Below are positions 1 to 7,000 of a DNA stretch of 31,834 nucleotides, one piece after another (the stretch's first letter is position 1; every line of letters begins with the position of its first letter). The notes under the pieces were generated by a model that did not search any database, was not told the DNA's origin, and was given only the letters and a program-made list of their open reading frames with translations. This DNA is from a virus (Duplodnaviria; Caudoviricetes), in the IMG/VR virus record IMGVR_UViG_3300032884_000329, positions 1 to 31,834 of that record; one strand, 5' to 3'. A program made the translations under genes and the position numbers.

Positions 1-504
1 ATGAAACTACTCGATGAAGTCCAGGATAAGATCGATGAAAAGGAGTTCATGGGGATTATCGGTAAGAATGCAATGTTCGCCGTGGTAATCTCCGGTATCC
101 TTGTCGGTCTGGTCTACTGGCTTGTTATGTCGGTTTTCCCATGGTTCTTTGGAGCTGCGGGAGATGTCCAGCCTACACTGTATATAATAGTGTTCGTTAC
201 GGCTTTCATGTTCTGCTATGTGTTTCGGAACGAGTTCTGGATGAACGATTGGAAATTTAAAACAATGGGGATCTGTATATGGGTAGCAATGTCGGTTGCC
301 TACTCCTTCGTGATGTATTTCTGCGGGGAAGTAATCGTGGTATCACTCATGGTACTTGGTATCGTGCTTACCGTGATGTTCCTTGCAACCGATTTATCCA
401 TAACCTGTATCCTTACAGTAAGGGAGATCCGGCAGAAGATTGAGAATATCAACAAAGCGGAGAAACAAAATGAAAACATTGAAACTGTGTTGCCATGTAA
501 TTAA
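1..504 (+). CDS. Multi-pass membrane protein, unknown function
   Basis: 167 aa with about four long hydrophobic segments and a charged C-terminal tail. Confidence 0.75.
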   Translation: MKLLDEVQDKIDEKEFMGIIGKNAMFAVVISGILVGLVYWLVMSVFPWFFGAAGDVQPTLYIIVFVTAFMFCYVFRNEFWMNDWKFKTMGICIWVAMSVAYSFVMYFCGEVIVVSLMVLGIVLTVMFLATDLSITCILTVREIRQKIENINKAEKQNENIETVLPCN

Positions 505-685
505 GAAGTGCTTTGAATGCACCTACATTACCAGTATTAATCCTAACAGGATGTGTACAAAGGTAAACGGCCCGGGACTGAAACCAAGGGCTTTAACATT
601 TATTGAGTTCAATGAGATTGCCCAGGGGACCATGACGTTTCCAGAATGGTGTCCCTTACCAGATTGGGAGAAAGATAATGAGTAA
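470..685 (+). CDS. Small Cys-rich hypothetical protein
   Basis: Likely ATG at 470 after GGAG; CxxC...C...WCPL pattern; overlaps both neighbours. Confidence 0.65.
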   Translation: MKTLKLCCHVIKKCFECTYITSINPNRMCTKVNGPGLKPRALTFIEFNEIAQGTMTFPEWCPLPDWEKDNE

Positions 686-986
686 GCTTGTTGAGATCCC
701 GTTCTCGAAGGTAATGGCGAAAGCCGCACTTGACGGACGGAAGGTATGCACCTCACGGAGCGAAGTCAAGGGGGATCTTGGCGATACCTTCATGATAGAG
801 GGTAAGGAATTTCGCATTGTGGATATCCAGCGCCACCGGTTAATTTCAGTGACCAGTATACTTTTCCGGCAGGAAGGGGTTAACACACCAGAGGAATTTG
901 AAGAATTGTGGAAATCCCTTCATAGGGGGCATTACAACGGATCCAACATGGTTTTTGTCCATTTCTTTGCCAGGGTGTCTGTATAA
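678..986 (+). CDS. ASCH/PUA-like domain protein
   Basis: ASCH-type motifs F..vm..aaldGrKvcTsR, GDtF, ...qEG...eeF..lwk.lh...v.vh.F. Confidence 0.75.
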   Translation: MSKLVEIPFSKVMAKAALDGRKVCTSRSEVKGDLGDTFMIEGKEFRIVDIQRHRLISVTSILFRQEGVNTPEEFEELWKSLHRGHYNGSNMVFVHFFARVSV

Positions 987-988
987 GG

Positions 989-1858
989 ATGGCTACTAAA
1001 ATTTGTTGTCGCTGTAAGTGCGAAAAGGAACTTACTCTTTTTTATAAATGTAGTAGAAACAAAGATGGGGTTCAAAGCGCATGTAAACTTTGCATTGCAG
1101 AAGAACAAAGATTGTATCGTGTTTTACACCCAGAAAAAGAGAAGGAGAAGAACAAACAAAAATATATTAAAAATAGTGAAAAAAGAAAACGAGATGTAAA
1201 AGAATGGAGAATTAAAAATAATAAATGGTCTAGAGAGTATCAACGGAAATATCGTGAAAAGAACAAACCAATACTAAAAGAAAAACGTAAAACATATATC
1301 GAACAAAACACAGAGAAGGTAAAATCAATACAGATTAAGTACTATCACAAAAATAAAGATACGGTTGCTTCCAGAAGGAAAAAATATTACAATATGAATA
1401 GAATGAGAATATTAAACACCATGAAAATAAAATATTACAACAATCCAGAAGAGAGAGAAAAATCAAGAAAAAGAAATAAACAGTATCGTATAAAACACGC
1501 AGATAGATTAAGAATTAAACATCAGGAATATATGAGATCCCCAAGAGGACGATTAGCAAGCTCGCGTTGCAGGCACAGGCGTGTTTCAAAAACAAAGAAA
1601 ACAGAATGCACACTGACACTTGAACAATGGGATAAAATTTTAGAGTCACAGCAATATCGTTGTGTGGGATATCCACATGGTAACTGTAATAAAAAATTCG
1701 GAAAAAAATGTAAACCGTCTAAAGATCATATCATCCCTGTTGCTCTTAATGGACCATTCACATATGAAAATACCCAAGCACTATGTAAAAGCTGTAACTC
1801 TAGGAAAAAAGCAAATCTTGATCATGGATTATTGCAAGGATGGGGATTAACATACTAA
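989..1858 (+). CDS. HNH endonuclease (homing-type)
   Basis: C-terminal DHIIPVALNG...N..ALCKSCNSRK; N-terminal CxxC...CxxC; long Lys/Arg-rich helical linker; very A-rich DNA. Confidence 0.9.
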   Translation: MATKICCRCKCEKELTLFYKCSRNKDGVQSACKLCIAEEQRLYRVLHPEKEKEKNKQKYIKNSEKRKRDVKEWRIKNNKWSREYQRKYREKNKPILKEKRKTYIEQNTEKVKSIQIKYYHKNKDTVASRRKKYYNMNRMRILNTMKIKYYNNPEEREKSRKRNKQYRIKHADRLRIKHQEYMRSPRGRLASSRCRHRRVSKTKKTECTLTLEQWDKILESQQYRCVGYPHGNCNKKFGKKCKPSKDHIIPVALNGPFTYENTQALCKSCNSRKKANLDHGLLQGWGLTY

Positions 1859-2000
1859 CACAGAAACAAAGCTAAATTTGACCGCAATAGCGGGGCAAGA
1901 ACGGTCTTATCAAAAATCATAGGACATATCACACCACCCACTTTTTTATCTACTGCCTGAAATATTAATTATACGCCGTTTTCGCTAAAATGACAATAAT

Positions 2001-2040
2001 TTTATACTTTACACACCCTATTTTGGAAGTGGAGGTGATC
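2001..2040 (+). promoter_or_regulatory. Archaeal TATA box plus perfect Shine-Dalgarno
   Basis: TTTATA at 2001-2006; GGAGGTGATC at 2031-2040, complementary to the 16S rRNA 3' end GAUCACCUCC, 8 nt before ATG 2049. Confidence 0.7.
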
Positions 2041-2048
2041 ACTGGCTT

Positions 2049-2105
2049 ATGAAAAAGAGAAAAGGTGGTAAGAAAAAGAAAGGTGGGTGTAAGAGAAAGC
2101 GCTGA
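2049..2105 (+). CDS. 18-aa protamine-like basic micropeptide MKKRKGGKKKKGGCKRKR
   Basis: Hand translation; perfect SD and TATA upstream, T-run downstream (about 2123-2127). Confidence 0.65.
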   Translation: MKKRKGGKKKKGGCKRKR

Positions 2106-2169
2106 GTACCCCCACATCACTATTTTTCAAACAAATATTTGTAAGTTCCAGTTTAATGATCCTAGTATC

Positions 2170-2361
2170 ATGGCAATGAGTCCCACAACCGAAGAACGGA
2201 TCGTCCGGTATGTAATGAAGATAGAGCCGGGAGGGAGGATCAACCCCAGGGTATTAGGTAAGGACCTGAACATCAATACGAAACGGGTGTCCCAGTTTCT
2301 CGGGTGCGTGGATTGCGTAGAACGGGTCGGGGGGCATCACGGGGAATGGGTGCGGGTTTAG
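2170..2361 (+). CDS. Small winged-helix-like DNA-binding protein
   Basis: Likely start ATG 2170 rather than GTG 2065; INPRVLGKDLNINTKRVSQFL helix-turn-helix followed by a beta-wing ending in W. Confidence 0.6.
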   Translation: MAMSPTTEERIVRYVMKIEPGGRINPRVLGKDLNINTKRVSQFLGCVDCVERVGGHHGEWVRV

Positions 2362-2379
2362 GTACTTCTTTTCTTATCT

Positions 2380-2446
2380 ATCAAACGCCCGTTTGATGCT
2401 ATCCGAAAAATACTTTACTTTGTGGATATGATAGAATATACACAAA
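2380..2446. promoter_or_regulatory. Candidate res site of the serine recombinase
   Basis: ATCAAACG-CC-CGTTTGAT (2380-2397) and TTTGTGGATAT-N6-ATATACACAAA (2419-2446) immediately upstream of the recombinase gene. Confidence 0.55.
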
Positions 2447-2464
2447 AGGTAGGTTTGTAGATAC

Positions 2465-3073
2465 ATGGTAAAAATTGGGTATGTTCGGGTTTCCCGCGAG
2501 AAACAAGATCCTGCAAGTCAGATAAAACTCATGAAAGATATGGAGATCCCAGATGAAGATATTTTTGTGGATCATGGTATCTCTGGTTGGACTGATCCAA
2601 CCATACGCCCCATCTACAAAGATATGTTGAAACGTATTTCGGATCCCAACAAAGAAAAAGTTGATACTATAGTATTCAGTGAATTTTCAAGGTTGGGAAG
2701 AAATGCAAAAGAAAGTATGTATGAACTCTTGCGTCTTGAACACATGGGGGTAACAATTCAATCGTTATCAAAACTTGAATCTTTTATCAATGATGTCCCG
2801 GGTTCATTCCAGATACAACTTCTTTCAAGTATGATGGTTGGTGCCGAACTTGAACGGAAACACCATAAAGAAAGAACCAAGTGGGCTATGGAAAATGTAA
2901 AAGTAAATGGTTCCAAGTCTGGGAAGAGGATAGGTCGCCCGGGTGTTGAAATAGACTTTGATAAAATTCAAAAGACAATGGATGAACTTAAAGTAAATGA
3001 AACGGTGGCCAGGAAAATATTAGGATACAAACCCTCTACATTTTATAAGAAAAAGAAGGAGAAGAAATTATGA
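2465..3073 (+). CDS. Small serine recombinase (resolvase/invertase family)
   Basis: GYVRVS..kQ catalytic Ser motif, D.GISG, SRLGR, AELER, C-terminal HTH (ARKILGYKPSTFYK). Confidence 0.95.
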   Translation: MVKIGYVRVSREKQDPASQIKLMKDMEIPDEDIFVDHGISGWTDPTIRPIYKDMLKRISDPNKEKVDTIVFSEFSRLGRNAKESMYELLRLEHMGVTIQSLSKLESFINDVPGSFQIQLLSSMMVGAELERKHHKERTKWAMENVKVNGSKSGKRIGRPGVEIDFDKIQKTMDELKVNETVARKILGYKPSTFYKKKKEKKL

Positions 3074-3375
3074 AAGATATATTTGAAGAGTTTAGAGCAG
3101 ACCACCCAGGGTATTTTAGAATTGGTGAAGAAAACCACTTCCCTTGGGATAGAACAGATAATTCTGTATGGTATGCTTTGTTTGCACCATTTAATAATGA
3201 AATACAGTATGTCGGTTATACCCCTGCAAAGTCATCCAAGAGAAAACTATTGGAGGCTATCACAACAATTAAGGGATCGTTGATTCTAATAGGGGTATGG
3301 CATGGTGAAAGGAGAACCGATTTATTTTTCCTGGATATTAAAACCGCAATCAAACATTTGAAGGAAGTAACATAA
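3070..3375 (+). CDS. Hypothetical protein
   Basis: 101 aa ORF whose start overlaps the 3' end of the recombinase gene. Confidence 0.7.
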   Translation: MKDIFEEFRADHPGYFRIGEENHFPWDRTDNSVWYALFAPFNNEIQYVGYTPAKSSKRKLLEAITTIKGSLILIGVWHGERRTDLFFLDIKTAIKHLKEVT

Positions 3376-3491
3376 TGGATCCCGGTGTATCGCTTGCCCT
3401 GGCAGTGTTCCTCCTAGGGTTGTATGAATCTGTAATGGCTGCAGCAAAAAAGATTGGCTTGAACTTCCGGAAGGTACTACATCTTGAATAA
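3375..3491 (+). CDS. 38-aa hydrophobic peptide MDPGVSLALAVFLLGLYESV...
   Basis: Hand translation; TAATG coupling to the upstream stop; overlaps the next start. Confidence 0.5.
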   Translation: MDPGVSLALAVFLLGLYESVMAAAKKIGLNFRKVLHLE

Positions 3492-3792
3492 GCACTTCTG
3501 GATCATGGCGGGGTGCATAGCAATTATAATGGCGCTGGATATCCTGACAACCAGGTTCATCCTTGCAAATGGTGGGTGGGAAGCCAACATGCTCATGGCA
3601 CCCTTTGTAAATTCACTTCCCTCTTTCATTACGGTGAAATATGTGGTCTGTGGAATTATCGTTGCAATGGCGATGTATGCAGAACGAGCGGTGAAGCCCG
3701 GTTCATCCAACGTAATCTTCTCTGTGGTATTTCCGGTGTCTTGTTTACCAGTAATTAGTAACACACTGGTTATCGCCAGGGTAATACCATAA
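3484..3792 (+). CDS. DUF5658-like membrane protein
   Basis: LDILTT..il.nGgwEaN.lm motif plus three hydrophobic helices. Confidence 0.75.
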   Translation: MNKHFWIMAGCIAIIMALDILTTRFILANGGWEANMLMAPFVNSLPSFITVKYVVCGIIVAMAMYAERAVKPGSSNVIFSVVFPVSCLPVISNTLVIARVIP

Positions 3793-3823
3793 CTATTTAT
3801 TCTTCACAAGCACTTTACCAATT

Positions 3824-4003
3824 ATGACAGACGGCGATGGAATGGCAGGACTGATCGGAGCGGGAATCACCGGAATGGTCGGGCTTGGAGTAATCGGTGC
3901 GATGTCGCACATGGCGAGCGATATGACTGATGACAGACCGCGTAAAAAAAAAGAAGGTCGCGTAAGAAACGATAACGATGACCTGATGGATCTCTTATTT
4001 TAA
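3824..4003 (+). CDS. 59-aa single-TM peptide with Gly-zipper and basic patch
   Basis: MTDGDGMAGLIGAGITGMVGLGVIGAMSHMASDMTDDRPRKKK...; TATTTAT 23 nt upstream (leaderless); A9 run near the 3' end. Confidence 0.65.
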   Translation: MTDGDGMAGLIGAGITGMVGLGVIGAMSHMASDMTDDRPRKKKEGRVRNDNDDLMDLLF

Positions 4004-4014
4004 TCCCCCCAATC

Positions 4015-4056
4015 TTTATATACTTTTCTTTTGATATTACCTCACTAATCAGGTGA
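4015..4056 (+). promoter_or_regulatory. TATA box and RBS of the giant gene
   Basis: TTTATATA at 4015-4022; AGGTGA at 4051-4056; ATG at 4064. Confidence 0.7.
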
Positions 4057-4063
4057 GTACTAC

Positions 4064-7000
4064 ATGGCAACAGACCCCGCAGCAGTAACGACAAACAATG
4101 CTAATAATTCCGACCCCGCGTTAATCGTACAGCAGCAAGCCGCCCAGACTGCAGCGAATACCCAGATGCAGGTTATTCAGAACATGCAGTATAATCGGAA
4201 CAGGGAAACCCGGTATAATGCAGAGGACCTTTCATATGAGAAACAGGCAACCAATCAGTCCTGGCAGGACGTTAACACTACCGGCCAGTTCGTTGACCCC
4301 GGGCTTGCACCTTTAAATATTTTCTACGGCCCGAATCCCAATGGTTTCCCTAGTTCTAATCAAAATTCTCCGCAACCAACACTTATGCCATCGGTTCCGC
4401 TAGAGGCATATCAACATTTTAAAAACTTAACAGAGGCAGAAATAACGGCGGGAAATAAACAATATGAAGTAAATCAGAAGTTTTCAAGCCAGTTTACAGT
4501 AGCGCAGAAGGATAACATCCTTGATACTCTCGGTATGGTAAATGCAGATCCAAACCTGGTGACCATTGACCCCAATATGTATAATCGGTACCTTGCAGCC
4601 GAAGTGGTAAATACCCAAATGGAAAAACAGCAGTACCTTTCACAGCCCGCCCAGGTAACCCCGGAACAAGTCATACAGATTAAGCAGGGGTTCGGATGGG
4701 ATGAAAATACCCCAGGAGCAAAAGATTGGGTACCCACCAACAGGGACCTGCAGTATTATAATACGGTTGCCTTACCAGAATACGTTAAGGTTGTGGGGGC
4801 ATCACCCGGGGTTACCATCCCCGTCCAGAGTACACCCCCGGCTGCAACTGCTGACACATGGCGAATGGGTTCAGGGGGACCGACAGCGTATGTTGACCCG
4901 TACACCTACATGCAACAGCAGAAACAGGCATTAATCGATTCCGGGCTTGGTGGCTATACCCCGCCAGCGCAAACCCTCACCGTTGCACAACCAATCGCCC
5001 CGTTAACTGCAGCACAGATCTTACAGGGAGATACCTACATCAACCCCACGAAGGGAATGGCAAACCCGTTCATTGCACCTATCGGCCAGCCGGTATACGA
5101 ATCAGATGTATTGCGGGAGTTTGGTTCTATGGGGGCTCAGCTTAGAGGTGCCTCAAACCTTCCAGTAAACATTGTATATTCCGATATCAACCCGGGGCAG
5201 GTAGTAATCAAGCACCAGGGGTATTGGGGTGGGTCGAAGGAAAATTCAGTAACAGGGTATGAAACCCCTATTATCATGGACGTTACCTCAAATAACGACC
5301 TGGTTGGTGTTGCCGATTATAACAAACGGATGAACTCTATTGCCTCTTATACTGCAGGAATGCGCCAGTATGCGGTTAACCAGGACGTTGCAATTAACCA
5401 GAGTCCGATGAATACGAAGAACTTCGCAAAGGATGTGGCGATTTATCAGTCCGGTGATACGAGCAATATGGATGCCTACATGCAGGGAATGAAGGTTGTT
5501 TCTGAAAACCCCATGTCTAACCCGGTATCGCAGGTGAAAGTCATCCCGTTTGCAGACCTGTCTGGGATCAATACAGGGATTGGGAATATTAACCAACAGT
5601 TCTCACAGCCACAGGTAGCACAGCCTACCGGTGGGCAGGCAATTGTCCCGATGAAATATCCGGCACCTGAATTTGATATATTGGGAATGGCGGTGAATCT
5701 TACCCAGGCCCCGGGTAAAATAATTACTGCCGGAATATCAAGTATCGGAGAGGGGGTTATGAACTTTGTATCCCCATCGCAACCTACAGGGGGGTCTTCG
5801 CCAGTTTCTCAACCCGGGTCATTCGCTACGTACCAGCCATCACCACCGTTTATATTAGGAAACGCATCGGCATCAAGTCCGATGTACGCAACGGAGGGTA
5901 GGAATATCGAACTGTACCCAATTTCAAAGCCTTATATATCAGTGGGGCACTCTGCACCGTTAACAAAAGAAATAAACATTGTGAACTTCGATTACCCAGG
6001 GACCCCGGAGCAGATTAAGAACATGCTTAGTTCCAGCCTGATCCCAAAAGACGTTGGTTTTAACGTAAGGAACGTTACCCCCGGAGAGAAACCGTTTGTG
6101 CAGAAGGGGTCTTCCCTTTTTGTAACCGAACCGAATACCATTGTACTGTTCGGCCCTGGAAGTAAAAACTACCTCGCAGATCAGAGTAACATAGCCGGGT
6201 ACGCGGGTCCGGTAAACAACCGGGCGAATGCGATTGAGGGGATGGGTGGGGTTGTAAGTTCTATCAGCCTCGGTAGTTCTAACCCGGGAGAAACCCTGGC
6301 TGAACGTATCTATCACGAAGGTGGTCATATCTTCGGATGGCCGATGGATAATATGAACACCTCTATCTACGCAAAGGTTACCCCGGTACCCACGCAGTCA
6401 CCGGTAGGATATTATAACTGGATGGCAGGTAACCGGGCTACAACAGGTATCTCATCTATTCCACCTGCACCACAGCCTACCGTTGCACCTACCGATACGT
6501 TCGGTGCGATCGGGAAAGGATTTTCAGACTTCGGTGCCGGGGTCATGGGACTTAACCAGCAGATCGCCCAGGCGTTACCGATCGGTGGTGCTGTGAACGC
6601 CCCCGCTGTAATAACCGGGTACGATATCAAACAGGTCGGGACGGATTCAGTAATAGTCGGGTATAATACTCAACAGGTGGGAATGTCGGCACCAACTATT
6701 GTTGGGTATGAAACCAAACAGGTGGGAACGGAAACAAAGATTGTTGGCTACGATTCAAAGATGTTGAATATTGATATCAGTAATGGCCTTGCACAGAGTG
6801 GATTTACCTCTATTATAGGGAAGGGAAACTTTACAGATAAGAATCTCTCTCCCGCTAATACACCTATTGGAAACCAGGATTTATCATATAATCCCCTTTC
6901 GCAGAAGTTTGAGCAGATCCCATCTAATGTAACAAGCTGGTCACAGGGGATTCCGGGGTATGAGTCGGGGGGGATCGGGAAGCAGATCGTTAGTTTCTTC

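Noticed and set aside
1907-1918. hix-like half site TTATCAAAAATC suggesting an invertible segment
   Set aside because: Only a half site; no matching second full crossover site found by eye
2441-2458. AAAGGTAGG shared with the candidate origin arms
   Set aside because: Short match that can be explained as the RBS region of the resolvase
2465-3073. IS607 or Tn3 transposon
   Set aside because: The HTH is C-terminal, and there is no TnpB or Tn3 transposase and no terminal inverted repeats
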